48,900 bases of DNA from Flavobacterium sp. (GCF_044376915.1 NZ_JBILKB010000001.1:1-48900), one strand, 5' to 3'. Positions 9,386 to 20,350 are shown, counted from the first letter of the stretch. Numbers and translations are program-made. Notes: generated by a model not told the origin, from the letters alone.

Positions 9386-10975
9386 ATGAAAAAAATATTT
9401 AACCCATTTTATTTGAGCTTAGTTTTTATAGCCATTTTTACAAGTTGTAGATCCCAAAAACCGATTGCTACAGCAGATCTTGATAAATTATCCTTAAAAA
9501 CAACCTCTGTTGCCGAAAAGGATTTAATGCGTTGGAGTCATTTAGACTTACTCAGAGATACGGTGCCCGGTATGAGTGTTGACAGGGTTTACAATGAAAT
9601 AATCAAGAATAAAAAAGGGCAAAAAGTAATTGTTGGCATCGTAGATTCTGGAGTGGATATAAACCATGAGGATTTAAAAGCCGCCATTTGGACCAACCCA
9701 AACGAAATCGCCGGAAACGGAATTGACGATGACAACAACGGCTATATCGACGATGTGCATGGCTGGAATTTTTTAGGCAATGTCGTTAACGAACAGCTTG
9801 AAATGACGCGCATTGTTAAAAAAGGGCCTGGAACACCAGACTATGAAAAAGCAAAAGCAAAGTTGGACGAAGAACTAAAAAACATTAAATTAGAAAAACA
9901 ACAACTTGATTTTATATTAAATGCCGAAAAATCAATTAAAACACATCTAAATAAAGATGTTTTTACACTAGAAGATGTCAAAGGAATTGTTTCTAATGAA
10001 ACGAGTGTAAATCAGGCAAAAGCTATATTAATTCAAATTTTAAGCGTTACAACAAAAGAGAAATTTGATGCCGAAATTGAAGAATACAAAGACTATGTCT
10101 ATGGCAATCTCAATTACAGATTAAATGTAGAATTCGATGGCCGTTCAATTGTTGGGGACAATCCTAACGACCTCAAAGATATTAAATACGGTAACAACAA
10201 CGTAATTGGACCCGATCCAAAAGCAGCAAAACACGGAACTCATGTCGCTGGAATTGTAGCTCAAATGCGAGGAAACAACAAAGGAGGAGACGGTGTTGCC
10301 CAAACGGCAGAAATAATGGTTGTTCGAGCGGTTCCAAACGGCGATGAATACGATAAAGATATTGCGCTTGGGATTCGTTATGCTGCAGACAATGGCGCTA
10401 AAGTGATCAATGGTTCTTTTGGAAAATATTTTTCACAAAATAAAGAATGGGTAATCGATGCTATTAAGTATGCGGCCTCAAAAGATGTTTTAGTAGTTAT
10501 TGCTGCTGGAAACGAATCGTATGATTTGGATGTAACCAATAAATATCCAAACGACACCTATGATGGTAGCTCTGAATATGCAAACAACGTATTAATTGTT
10601 GGAGCGCTTTCGCCAAGTTACGATACTAAAATGGTAGCTGATTTTTCAAATTATGGAAAAAATAATGTAGACATATTTGCACCTGGTGCTCAAATTTATG
10701 CAACAACACCTTTAAATTCATACGAGTATCTAGAAGGGACTTCAATGGCATCACCAAATGTTGCTGGAGTAGCAGCTTTACTTCGTTCCTACTATCCAAC
10801 TTTAACTGCGGTGCAAGTAAAACAAATTATTATGGAAAGTGGAATCCCACTGAAAAATACTGTTATGTTAGGAGAAGAAAAGCGCAAAACAAATTTTTCC
10901 GAAGCTTCAAAATCGGGTCGCATCATCAATGCTTATAACGCAATGCTTTTAGCGAAAAAAATGGCGAAAAAATAG
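9386..10975 (+). CDS. S8 subtilisin-like serine peptidase, probable lipoprotein
   Basis: Catalytic motifs VDSG, HGTHVAG, GTSMA; lipobox-like FTSC. Confidence 0.93.
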   Translation: MKKIFNPFYLSLVFIAIFTSCRSQKPIATADLDKLSLKTTSVAEKDLMRWSHLDLLRDTVPGMSVDRVYNEIIKNKKGQKVIVGIVDSGVDINHEDLKAAIWTNPNEIAGNGIDDDNNGYIDDVHGWNFLGNVVNEQLEMTRIVKKGPGTPDYEKAKAKLDEELKNIKLEKQQLDFILNAEKSIKTHLNKDVFTLEDVKGIVSNETSVNQAKAILIQILSVTTKEKFDAEIEEYKDYVYGNLNYRLNVEFDGRSIVGDNPNDLKDIKYGNNNVIGPDPKAAKHGTHVAGIVAQMRGNNKGGDGVAQTAEIMVVRAVPNGDEYDKDIALGIRYAADNGAKVINGSFGKYFSQNKEWVIDAIKYAASKDVLVVIAAGNESYDLDVTNKYPNDTYDGSSEYANNVLIVGALSPSYDTKMVADFSNYGKNNVDIFAPGAQIYATTPLNSYEYLEGTSMASPNVAGVAALLRSYYPTLTAVQVKQIIMESGIPLKNTVMLGEEKRKTNFSEASKSGRIINAYNAMLLAKKMAKK

Positions 10976-11046
10976 CACTAAAGCTGTATTAATACATAAT
11001 ATTCTCAAGGTTTCTATACTTTATAGGATTTCTTTTAAATTCAAAT

Positions 11047-12921
11047 ATGAAAAAATTTCTTTTTTTAAGCTGTTTCCCCCTCTTTTTGTGGGCACAAAAC
11101 AATCCAAATCCAGGCTATTGGCAACAACATGTTGACTATAAAATGGATGTGAAAATGGATGTGAAAAAATTTCAATACACCGGCAAACAAGAAATCGTAT
11201 ACACCAACAATTCGGCTGACACGTTGCACAAAGTGTATTATCATTTATTCAACAATGCGTTTCAACCGGGAAGCGAAATGGACGCCAGACTTCAAAGCAT
11301 TTTAGACCCCGATAAACGCATGGTGAGAACCTTTAAAAAAGAAGGTAAAGAGCAAAAAGAAAGTAAAATCAGCACCTTAAAACCGGATGAAATTGGCTAT
11401 TTAAATATTGCAAATTTCAAACAAGATGGTGCGGTGGCAATCACTAAAGTTGTAGGCACCGTTTTAGAAGTAACATTAGCCAATCCTATTTTACCCAAAC
11501 AAAAAACAACCTTTTCATTAGATTTTGAAGGACAAGTGCCGTTGCAAATTCGTCGTTCGGGCAGATTATCTGAAGAAGGCGTGGCCCTTTCCATGACACA
11601 GTGGTATCCTAAATTATGTGAATATGATTTCGAAGGCTGGCATGCCAATCCATACATTGCCCGCGAATTTCATGGTGTTTGGGGCAATTTTGATGTTAAA
11701 ATTACCATTGACAAAGACTACACCATTGGTGGTACTGGTTATTTACAAAACCCAAATGAAATTGGACACGGTTATCAAGATGCCGGCGTTACTGTAATAT
11801 ATCCGAAGAAAACCAAAACCCTTACCTGGCATTTTTATGCACCTAACGTGCATGATTTCGCTTGGGGTGCCGATAATGAATTTGTCCATGATGTACTCGT
11901 GGGACCCAATAATATTGCCTTACATTTCTTATACAAAAACAAAAAAGACAATATTGAAAATTGGAAAAAGATGCAGCCTAAAACGGCCGAATTATTAGCG
12001 TTTTTTAACGAAAACGTAGGGCTTTATCCCTATAAACAATATTCGGTAATTCAAGGAGGCGATGGCGGAATGGAATATGGCATGTGTACGCTAATCACTG
12101 GAAATCGTTCCTTTGGAAGTTTGGTTGGTGTTACAGCACACGAAATGGCCCATTCTTGGTTTCAATTTGTCTTAGCAACGAATGAAAGCAAACACGAATG
12201 GATGGACGAAGGCTTTACTTCTTACATTTCCAATAGCGCTATGAATAAAGTATTGCCTCCCAAAAAACCAGAAATTCCGTATGAGGATGCTTATAATAAT
12301 TACATTTATTTAGCAAAATCCGGAAAAGAACAACCGCTTTCCACACACGCGGATCGGTATGACGTCAATATGGGTTATGGCATTTCTGCCTACAGCAAAG
12401 GAGAAGTGTTTTTAGTGCAATTGGGTTATATTATTGGTGAGGAAAACCTCAACAAAACGATCAAAAGATACTACAACGACTATAAGTTTACCCATCCAAC
12501 TCCTAACGACATCAAACGGGTAGCTGAAAAAATTTCGGGGGCTAATTTGGATTGGTATTTGTTGGATTGGACCTTAACTACAAATACGATTGACTATAGC
12601 ATTACAGCTGTTTCTGAAATAAATACTTCTACTACAAAAGTAGCTTTAGAAAGAAAAGGAAGAATGCCAATGCCTCTAGATATTATGGTGGAATTTACAG
12701 ATGGAACGAAAGAGTTTTTCTACATTCCGAATACTTTAATGCGTTGGGAAAAACCAAATCCGTACCCCGAAATCAAAGGAACGGTATTAAAAGGATGGGA
12801 TTGGGCCTACCCCACTTACTCTTTTGATATCTCAAAAACAAACATCAAATCCATTACTATTGATCCCGAAAATAAAATGGCCGATATCAACAAAGAAGAC
12901 AATGCTTTTATAAAAAAATAA
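11047..12921 (+). CDS. M1 family zinc aminopeptidase
   Basis: GGMEY, HEMAH and downstream WMDEG; N-terminal signal peptide. Confidence 0.93.
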   Translation: MKKFLFLSCFPLFLWAQNNPNPGYWQQHVDYKMDVKMDVKKFQYTGKQEIVYTNNSADTLHKVYYHLFNNAFQPGSEMDARLQSILDPDKRMVRTFKKEGKEQKESKISTLKPDEIGYLNIANFKQDGAVAITKVVGTVLEVTLANPILPKQKTTFSLDFEGQVPLQIRRSGRLSEEGVALSMTQWYPKLCEYDFEGWHANPYIAREFHGVWGNFDVKITIDKDYTIGGTGYLQNPNEIGHGYQDAGVTVIYPKKTKTLTWHFYAPNVHDFAWGADNEFVHDVLVGPNNIALHFLYKNKKDNIENWKKMQPKTAELLAFFNENVGLYPYKQYSVIQGGDGGMEYGMCTLITGNRSFGSLVGVTAHEMAHSWFQFVLATNESKHEWMDEGFTSYISNSAMNKVLPPKKPEIPYEDAYNNYIYLAKSGKEQPLSTHADRYDVNMGYGISAYSKGEVFLVQLGYIIGEENLNKTIKRYYNDYKFTHPTPNDIKRVAEKISGANLDWYLLDWTLTTNTIDYSITAVSEINTSTTKVALERKGRMPMPLDIMVEFTDGTKEFFYIPNTLMRWEKPNPYPEIKGTVLKGWDWAYPTYSFDISKTNIKSITIDPENKMADINKEDNAFIKK

Positions 12922-12929
12922 TCCCTAAG

Positions 12930-12958
12930 AAGCCGACAAACACACGTCGGCTTTTTTT
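12930..12958 (+). terminator. Intrinsic terminator after the M1 peptidase
   Basis: AAGCCGAC-8nt-GTCGGCTT followed by a T-run. Confidence 0.85.
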
Positions 12959-12959
12959 A

Positions 12960-12967
12960 TACCTTTG
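12960..12967 (+). promoter_or_regulatory. -7 promoter element for rnpA
   Basis: TACCTTTG, 4 nt before the ATG at 12972. Confidence 0.7.
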
Positions 12968-12971
12968 CATC

Positions 12972-13343
12972 ATGTCATTCACGTATCCCAAAAAAGAAAA
13001 ATTAAAAAGTAAAACAACTATTGATTTGCTATTTTCGGAAGGAAATTCGGTTTCGAAATTTCCTTTGCGTTTGGTATATATTGAAAATAAAGAAGAAAAT
13101 GCCGTGCTCTTAAAAATGGGCGTATCGGTTTCAAAAAAATATTTTAAAAAAGCAGTAGACCGCAATTATTTCAAACGTGTTTTGCGCGAAACCTATCGAT
13201 TAAACAAACATATTTTGCTTGATACTTTGGAAAAACCCTATGCTATAATGTTTTTCTATCAAACAAAAGAACGCCTTTCATTTCAAGAAATTGAAGAAAA
13301 AACCATCCAACTTTTTCAAAAATTCAACGAAACCATAAAGTAA
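12972..13343 (+). CDS. rnpA: Ribonuclease P protein component
   Basis: Basic 123 aa protein; GVSVSKK and KAVDRNYFKRVLRE (RNR-like motif). Confidence 0.93.
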   Translation: MSFTYPKKEKLKSKTTIDLLFSEGNSVSKFPLRLVYIENKEENAVLLKMGVSVSKKYFKKAVDRNYFKRVLRETYRLNKHILLDTLEKPYAIMFFYQTKERLSFQEIEEKTIQLFQKFNETIK

Positions 13344-13415
13344 ATCGAGTATAGCGTGCGCGTTTTGGTGAATATTCGTTACTTTCGTATACTAAATTAA
13401 TACATTGCCTTGTTC

Positions 13416-15050
13416 ATGAAACATTTTTTCAAGAGAAAAATAATGATTCCCGTTATCGCCTTAATCTTTCTTTGGGTAGGGGTGAGTTTTAAAAATGATT
13501 TTTTTGAAATTGCGAAACAAATCGAAATCTTTACCGGCGTTTTTAAAACGGTAAACCAAAATTATGTCGACGAAACCAATGCAGGGGAAATGATGGATAT
13601 TGCCATCAAAAACATGCTAAAAGAACTGGATCCGTACACTGTTTTTTTTAACGAACAAGATGTCTTAAAGTATAAAATCAACAATACGGGGGAATACACT
13701 GGTATTGGGGCCATGGTACAACGAAAAGACGGAAAGGTTTACTTAAAAGAAATATACAAAGGATTTCCGGCCGATAAAGCAGGATTAAAAGCAGGGGATG
13801 AATTACTGCAAATTGGTGACGTTACTTTAAAAGAATACCAAGATGATGCTTCTCAGTTGTTGAAAGGGGCCAAAAACACCTCGGTAAACATTATTTACTT
13901 AAGACAAGGAACAACGCGCAAGGCGAGCATCGTTTTAAACGAAGTCGAAATAAAAGCCGTACCCTATTATGCATTATTAAAAGACAAAACAGGCTATATC
14001 GTATTGTCTAAATTTAACGAAAAAGCAAGTGCCGAAACCAAAGCCGCTTTACTGGATTTAAAACAACAAGGGGCCACAAAAATTATTTTAGATCTTCGAG
14101 GAAATCCAGGAGGGTTATTGCATGAAGCAGTAAATATTTGCAATCTTTTTGTGGCTAAAAACGAACTGATAGTAACCACAAAATCAAAAAATGTTAAATA
14201 CAACTTAGAATACCGCACCAAAAACGAACCCAATGATTTGGTAATTCCATTGGCCGTTATTGTAGATGGAAAAAGTGCCTCTGCTTCTGAAATTGTTGCG
14301 GGAGCAATTCAGGATTTAGACCGCGGAGTTGTTCTAGGGAGCAGAAGTTTTGGAAAAGGATTGGTGCAACGTCCATTAGATTTGTCGTATGGCACACAGG
14401 TAAAAGTAACCATCTCTAGATATTATACGCCCTCGGGAAGATGCATACAAGCACTTGATTATTCTAAAAAAGACGAGAACGGAAAAGCTACAAAAAAAGC
14501 GCAAAAAGAATACAATGCTTTTAAAACAAAAGCAGGTAGAACTGTTTATGATGGCGGTGGCGTATTGCCCGATATTGAAATTGCATCGACCAAATTAGCG
14601 CATACCACCGAAACGCTTTTAAAAAATGAAGCTATTTTCAATTTTGCGACCCAGTTGTATTATAAAACCCCAACGGTTTCAGAAGTTCCGTCAGTTACGG
14701 ATGCCGATTTTTTAGACTTTAAATCATATATAAAACAAGAAAAAATTGTCCTAGACACCGAAACCAGTAAAGCCCTCAAAACTGTTATAGAAAACGCAAA
14801 AAAAGAACAAATTGAGGAACAAATTACAGTTGCCTACAAACAATTGGAAACGGCATTAGAAAAAAGTCAAGAAGCGGCGCTTGAAAAAAACAAAGAACAA
14901 ATCAAAAAACAGCTTCAAGAAGAGTTAATTATTAGATATCAATATCGAGAAGGATTGTATTTATATTATACCAAAAACAATCCCGAAATAGAACAAGCCA
15001 TCAATTTATTAAACAATACACCACAGTACCAATCGATATTAAAAAAGTAA
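13416..15050 (+). CDS. S41 family C-terminal processing peptidase (PDZ)
   Basis: LDPYT, GIG PDZ loop, DLRGNPGG, SASASEI, SFGKG; ATG at 13416. Confidence 0.93.
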   Translation: MKHFFKRKIMIPVIALIFLWVGVSFKNDFFEIAKQIEIFTGVFKTVNQNYVDETNAGEMMDIAIKNMLKELDPYTVFFNEQDVLKYKINNTGEYTGIGAMVQRKDGKVYLKEIYKGFPADKAGLKAGDELLQIGDVTLKEYQDDASQLLKGAKNTSVNIIYLRQGTTRKASIVLNEVEIKAVPYYALLKDKTGYIVLSKFNEKASAETKAALLDLKQQGATKIILDLRGNPGGLLHEAVNICNLFVAKNELIVTTKSKNVKYNLEYRTKNEPNDLVIPLAVIVDGKSASASEIVAGAIQDLDRGVVLGSRSFGKGLVQRPLDLSYGTQVKVTISRYYTPSGRCIQALDYSKKDENGKATKKAQKEYNAFKTKAGRTVYDGGGVLPDIEIASTKLAHTTETLLKNEAIFNFATQLYYKTPTVSEVPSVTDADFLDFKSYIKQEKIVLDTETSKALKTVIENAKKEQIEEQITVAYKQLETALEKSQEAALEKNKEQIKKQLQEELIIRYQYREGLYLYYTKNNPEIEQAINLLNNTPQYQSILKK

Positions 15051-15116
15051 AATAATAGCGTCTTTATTCCGTTTAAGATGAATCAAGAGCTGTTTTGAAC
15101 AACTAATTTTCAAGCT

Positions 15117-15959
15117 ATGAAATGGTTATTACTTATAGTGGCATTTTTTTCTCTTGAGGTGGGTTTTGCACAAGAAGAAGAAATTTATTCTATCTTTTTT
15201 GAATTTGATAAATTCAATTTAAAAGAGGAACAAACAGAAGGAGTGTTGTCATTTGTCCAAAAAATTGATACGGCCCGTATCGAATCCATCCAAATTTATG
15301 GGTATTGCGACGATCGCGGCAAAGACGAATACAACTTTGTGTTGTCTACCAACAGGGCCACAACTGTAAAAAATAAATTGATCGATCGCGGCATTAAAAG
15401 TAAAATCATCATTACACTCGAAGGAAAAGGACGCATCATGCTCGATGAAGATTTACAAACTGATATCCCAGAAGCCCGATCAAAAAACCGAAGAGTTGAT
15501 GTGGTGGTAAACTACAAATCGATTACCATTGAAAATTTAAAAATCCCTGGTGTATACAGCTCCATTCGCAAAGATGCTGTTAAAGGAGACCGCATTTATT
15601 TGGAAAAAGTGTTGTTTGAACGGGGCAGCAGCCAACTTACTGTGCTGGCCAAAAAAGAACTCGATAAAATTGCCCTTCAATTGTTCAAATTTAAAAACAT
15701 TCAATTTGAAATTCAAGGCCATGTCTGTTGCACACCCACCTATCATAGAGAGGCTGTTGATCGCGAAACTAAAAAAAGAGAGTTGTCGGTCAATCGAGCC
15801 AAACGAGTATACAACTATTTGTTTAAAAAAGGGATTAGCGATGCACGCATGACCTACAGGGGGTATGGCAATACCCAATCCTTAAAACAAGGCGGGGCAC
15901 TCGACAGACGGGTAGAATTGTTGATTTTAAAAAATGAGGCTCCTGCGGTAAAAAAATAA
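15117..15959 (+). CDS. OmpA-family protein with two peptidoglycan-binding domains
   Basis: Signal peptide, then two OmpA_C-like repeats (GYCD..LS..RA..NRRV and GHVC..LS..RA..DRRVE). Confidence 0.85.
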   Translation: MKWLLLIVAFFSLEVGFAQEEEIYSIFFEFDKFNLKEEQTEGVLSFVQKIDTARIESIQIYGYCDDRGKDEYNFVLSTNRATTVKNKLIDRGIKSKIIITLEGKGRIMLDEDLQTDIPEARSKNRRVDVVVNYKSITIENLKIPGVYSSIRKDAVKGDRIYLEKVLFERGSSQLTVLAKKELDKIALQLFKFKNIQFEIQGHVCCTPTYHREAVDRETKKRELSVNRAKRVYNYLFKKGISDARMTYRGYGNTQSLKQGGALDRRVELLILKNEAPAVKK

Positions 15960-16406
15960 TTAACGCCGCTTCATCTGAATATGCGGAATATCGTCTTCCA
16001 AGTATATATCACTGGTTTGGACAAAACCGTGAGATTCATAAAATTTTTTGAGGTATTCTTGGGCCGAAATGGTAATGGCACTTTGATTGAAATTTTCTTC
16101 TATTGCAGCTATCGAAACCCGCATCAATTCATGTCCGAAATTGAATTTTCGGAATTTTTGTCTCACAATAACCCTTCCTATCGATGCTTCTTCAAAATAA
16201 TTTCCTGCATCAAATAATCTTGAATAGGCCGTTAATTCGTTTTGGTAATACCCTAAAACATGGAGTGCTCTCTGGTCTTTGCCGTCAATGTCTTGATAAA
16301 CGCAATTTTGCTCCACTACAAACACCTCTGAACGAAGTTGTAACACATCATGGAGTTCGGTAACAGAAAGTTCGTTAAATCGCTTTATTTTGAATGTAAT
16401 TTCCAT
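15960..16406 (-). CDS. elaA: GNAT acetyltransferase, ElaA-like
   Basis: LRSEVFVVEQNC, IGRV, SAQ, FYESHGF, YLEDDIPH. Confidence 0.88.
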   Translation of the reverse strand: MEITFKIKRFNELSVTELHDVLQLRSEVFVVEQNCVYQDIDGKDQRALHVLGYYQNELTAYSRLFDAGNYFEEASIGRVIVRQKFRKFNFGHELMRVSIAAIEENFNQSAITISAQEYLKKFYESHGFVQTSDIYLEDDIPHIQMKRR

Positions 16407-16415
16407 ACGTTTTCA

Positions 16416-17396
16416 TTAAGGGATGAATACCACCGATTTCATCATGGCTTCGAGTTCAAAAACCAAATCTCTTTTCGCCTTTGACGGATTATAGGTAAAT
16501 CCATCCAAAATTAAATACCGATTGTTTTTGATGTCTTTGATAGCATAATTGATAAACGGTCCGGCCATAAAATCATTTTTAAGCTGCCAAGTCCCTTTGG
16601 TTTCATAGGCTAACTTATTATCAATTTGAGTTTGTAAAAAATAGGGGGAATAAGCTTTTTCAGTAACCATCCAGGTTTTTCCAACCGAGCCATGGATGAA
16701 TTTTTTACCGATAGAATCCCTAATGTGTAGAATGTTGTTTACAATCGCATTGTTTTTTTCTATATGTGTTATCGGCACTTCATACAGTAACAAACTGTTG
16801 TATCCTGTAGCAAGCTCGCGTCGGATCCATAGAAATTTAGGCGCTACTAATTCATACTTATAATTTGTGCGAAGCGCCATTTTTAGCTTAAATTTTTCCT
16901 GAATAAGTTGGTCGGAAACGGGTGCTTTTAAGATTCGTTTTTGCTGTTCTACTATCTCAGCAGTTTTAATGGTGTTGCAAATTTCAGCCGATTTTTGCTC
17001 CACTAACTTTATCATTTCTTCGGTTGAAGTAGCGGTAATGTAAAACAACTGTTGGGGAGAGGCATACCGATTTCTTTGATGCTTAAACGCGGTTTTTTTT
17101 CCTTTTCTCAGGACAATAATGTTCCTGTTTTTTTTGACCATTCCTTCAAAAAGTTTTGTTGGATATTGGTTTAACGTAAAAAGAGGTTCTTCTTGTGGCA
17201 GTCCGTCAACAGGAGCTGCCCATTTTTTCCTAAGGGTATCACCTACTTCACTGTTCCATAATTGATCATCGATAACGATAGAAACCGTGTTGATTTCGCC
17301 AATTGAACTTCCGGCAGCAACTTCCTCTTTTACACCTGTTCCCACACAGGAAAAGAGAAGGAAAAGAGCTGCAAGTACGAGGCCTATTCGCATCAT
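16416..17396 (-). CDS. DUF4837-like lipoprotein
   Basis: Lipobox LFSC; GLPQEEPLF, RDSIGK, MAGPF and KRD motifs; adjacent to mltD. Confidence 0.75.
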   Translation of the reverse strand: MMRIGLVLAALFLLFSCVGTGVKEEVAAGSSIGEINTVSIVIDDQLWNSEVGDTLRKKWAAPVDGLPQEEPLFTLNQYPTKLFEGMVKKNRNIIVLRKGKKTAFKHQRNRYASPQQLFYITATSTEEMIKLVEQKSAEICNTIKTAEIVEQQKRILKAPVSDQLIQEKFKLKMALRTNYKYELVAPKFLWIRRELATGYNSLLLYEVPITHIEKNNAIVNNILHIRDSIGKKFIHGSVGKTWMVTEKAYSPYFLQTQIDNKLAYETKGTWQLKNDFMAGPFINYAIKDIKNNRYLILDGFTYNPSKAKRDLVFELEAMMKSVVFIP

Positions 17397-17406
17397 GTTG
17401 TTTGGT

Positions 17407-18942
17407 TTATCCGTTAATTTTTAACTTCATTCCAGGTTGAATGACTTCGTCACAAAGGGCATTCCATTTTTTCAAGTCTTCCACTGTAACGCCAGGATGT
17501 TTTTTAGCAATTAAAAACAACGTATCGCCTTTTTGTACGGTATACCATTCTTCAACTACGGGAGCTGTTAAGACAACAGGTGTTTCTTTTTTCTTGGCAT
17601 AAATCTTTAAGCGATTACCTGCAAAAAGAGTGGTTGTTTTTAAATCATTCCATTGTTTTAATTCGGCCACCGTCACTCCAAATTTATCAGCTATCTTCTT
17701 TAAATGATCCCCTCGTTGTACGGAATAAAAACGTACATTCTCTTCGGAATTTAGTGGCGCCACCACAATATTCTGCGGATTCGAAACCAAGGAATCTTTT
17801 ACTGTCGGGCGGACTTCGATTTTGATTTTTTCGGTTAAAGCGTCTAAATAATCAATATAGGTGTAAATTTTTTCTTCATTCGACACAAATAAACCCACTT
17901 TGTTCTTCGGCAAACGCAAAAAATGGGCTTTATCTTTCTCATACGGAATGACTTTTAACTTGTAAATCGGATTTAAAAATTCCAATTGGTGCACCGGAAT
18001 ATCCAATAACTCTGAAATTTGTTTGAACGATAACTGCTTTTTGATTTGAATGGTATCGGTTTCAAAATAAGTAATCGCCGCTTTTTTAGGTTGTATACCA
18101 TGCTCTTTTCTAAACTCATAAATGTACATGGTCGCTAAAAAGGCCGGAACATAATTAGCCGTTTCTCGTGGAAGGTTTTTGCGAATGTTCCAATAGTTTT
18201 GACTGCCTCCCGATCTTCTAATCGCTTTGGAAACATTGCCCGGACCCGCATTGTAAGAGGCCAACACCAAACTCCAATCGCCAAAAATACCGTATAAATT
18301 TGACAAATATTGACAGGCGGCTTCGGTGGCTTTTAAAGGATCGTAGCGTTCGTCTACATAGGAATTGACTTCTAAGTTGTATTGCTTTCCTGTAGGATAC
18401 ATGAACTGCCACAAACCGGATGCACCAACCCTTGATTTTGCGGTAGGATTTAGTGCCGATTCGACTATGGCTAAATATTTCAACTCCATGGGAATGTTGT
18501 ATTTTGCCAAATATTCTTCAAACATGGGAAAATAGTATTCAGAAATCGCCATTAGACGTTCAAAAGCATTTTTACGATTCTTTAAAAAGGCTTTAATGGT
18601 ATTTTCTAACGCCGGATTGTATTCGATGTGAAAAGGAGAGCGGGCGTCTAATTTTGCCAAGCGTTTTTTTACAACATCGGAAGATAGGCTATAGGCTACT
18701 TCTTCATCTGTATTGATTTTAGAAATATCCGAAAACATATTTTCAGACAATTCAATATTTGCTAATTCGGCAATCCAGCGTTCATCAATACAAGTACTCG
18801 TACTGTGGTTGATAAAGGTTGCTTTCAAAGAATCTAGGTAGGAAACTTTGGAAATTTGTAGGTTTAATTCTTTCTCGGCATGCTCTTGCCCAAAACAAAA
18901 AAGGGAGAGCAATAGCGAGATATAGAGCAGTGATTTTTTCAT
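17407..18942 (-). CDS. mltD: Lytic transglycosylase with two LysM domains (MltD-like)
   Basis: IVESAL, GLWQFM, ASYNAG, PRETANYV; two C-terminal LysM repeats (YSVQRGD, YTVQKGD). Confidence 0.9.
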   Translation of the reverse strand: MKKSLLYISLLLSLFCFGQEHAEKELNLQISKVSYLDSLKATFINHSTSTCIDERWIAELANIELSENMFSDISKINTDEEVAYSLSSDVVKKRLAKLDARSPFHIEYNPALENTIKAFLKNRKNAFERLMAISEYYFPMFEEYLAKYNIPMELKYLAIVESALNPTAKSRVGASGLWQFMYPTGKQYNLEVNSYVDERYDPLKATEAACQYLSNLYGIFGDWSLVLASYNAGPGNVSKAIRRSGGSQNYWNIRKNLPRETANYVPAFLATMYIYEFRKEHGIQPKKAAITYFETDTIQIKKQLSFKQISELLDIPVHQLEFLNPIYKLKVIPYEKDKAHFLRLPKNKVGLFVSNEEKIYTYIDYLDALTEKIKIEVRPTVKDSLVSNPQNIVVAPLNSEENVRFYSVQRGDHLKKIADKFGVTVAELKQWNDLKTTTLFAGNRLKIYAKKKETPVVLTAPVVEEWYTVQKGDTLFLIAKKHPGVTVEDLKKWNALCDEVIQPGMKLKING

Positions 18943-19006
18943 TATTGTTTTGTTTTTTGGGGCTTATTAAAAACTAATAACTAGAGGATCAGGGTTTTTA
19001 TTGTTG

Positions 19007-20194
19007 TTATTCTAAAATGGCCGCAATTCCGGGTAGTGTTCTGCCTTCTAACATTTCTAACATAGCGCCACCTCCGGTAGAAACATAGCTCATTTTTGGC
19101 TCGAGACCAAATTGTTTCACAGCAGCTACACTATCGCCACCACCCACTAATGAAAAGGCTCCGCTTGCGGTTGATTCTGCAATATATTCGCCCAAAGCAA
19201 TGGTTCCGTTTGCAAATTTTTCCATTTCAAAAACCCCTAATGGGCCGTTCCAAAGTATCGTTTTTGAATCTAAAATAATGCGTCTAAAAATGGCTAACGA
19301 TTTTGGCCCTGCATCTAGACCTTGCCATCCGTCTGGGATGTGTTTTACATCAACTACTTGCGTGTTTGCCGAATTGGAAAAAGCATCTGCTGCGACCACA
19401 TCTATTGGAATATGTATTTGAACGCCTTTTTCTTTAGCTTGTTTTAATATTTCGATCGCCAAATCTAACTTGTCGTCTTCACAAATCGAATCGCCAATGT
19501 TACCGCCAAGGGCTTTCACAAACGTAAATGTCATTCCGCCACCAATTATCATGTGGTTTACTTTGTCTAATATATTTTCAATTACCGTAATTTTAGAAGA
19601 AACTTTGCTGCCTCCTAAAATGGCCACTACTGGTTTCTCTGAGTTTTTTAATACTTTTTCAATGCTTTCGATTTCTTTGGCCAATAAATACCCGAAACAT
19701 TTAGCACCTTGAAAAAACTGTGCAATAATGGTAGTGGAAGCGTGTGCACGGTGCGCCGTTCCAAAAGCATCGTTGACATAAATATCTCCAAATGCGGCTA
19801 ATTTTTTTGAAAACTCCACATCGCCTTTTTCTTCTTCAGGATAAAAACGAAGGTTTTCTAATAAAAGAATTTCACCCGGTTGCAAATTTTTAGCGGCTGT
19901 TTCGGCAACTTCGCCAATACAATCTGAAGCGAATTGAACCTTTCTTCCTAAAATTTCTTCGGTTGTAGCGATAATATGCTGCAACGAATATTTTGCTTCA
20001 ATCCCTTTTGGTCGTCCCAAATGACTCATTAATATAACACTCCCTCCGTCGCTCAATATTTTATCAATTGTGGGTTTCGCGGCTTCAATACGGGTAGCGT
20101 CGGTTACCTTAAAGTTTTCGTCTAAAGGCACGTTAAAATCTACTCTGATGATGGCTTTTTTGGAATTGAAATTGAAGTCGTTTAGTGTTTTCAT
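19007..20194 (-). CDS. pgk: Phosphoglycerate kinase
   Basis: [30 protein letters not shown]; ATG at 20194. Confidence 0.97.
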   Translation of the reverse strand: MKTLNDFNFNSKKAIIRVDFNVPLDENFKVTDATRIEAAKPTIDKILSDGGSVILMSHLGRPKGIEAKYSLQHIIATTEEILGRKVQFASDCIGEVAETAAKNLQPGEILLLENLRFYPEEEKGDVEFSKKLAAFGDIYVNDAFGTAHRAHASTTIIAQFFQGAKCFGYLLAKEIESIEKVLKNSEKPVVAILGGSKVSSKITVIENILDKVNHMIIGGGMTFTFVKALGGNIGDSICEDDKLDLAIEILKQAKEKGVQIHIPIDVVAADAFSNSANTQVVDVKHIPDGWQGLDAGPKSLAIFRRIILDSKTILWNGPLGVFEMEKFANGTIALGEYIAESTASGAFSLVGGGDSVAAVKQFGLEPKMSYVSTGGGAMLEMLEGRTLPGIAAILE

Positions 20195-20338
20195 TCTGTG
20201 TGTTTTTAGTTTCGAAGTATGCAAATATAATTTATTGTATGCTAAATCTTTATACGAAAGCAGATATTTAGTAAAATTTTAAAACGTTCCTCTTTGGTTT
20301 TTTTCGCAGGATTCGTTTACAATTCAGGAAAATTTGAT

Positions 20339-20346
20339 TAGGTTTG
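20339..20346 (+). promoter_or_regulatory. -7 promoter element for holB
   Basis: TAGGTTTG, 4 nt before the ATG at 20351. A divergent TATATTTG for pgk lies at 20222-20229 on the minus strand. Confidence 0.6.
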
Positions 20347-20350
20347 TTGT

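Noticed and set aside
11140-11163. 12-bp tandem duplication in the M1 peptidase
   Set aside because: In-frame KMDV-KMDV; too short to indicate a system.
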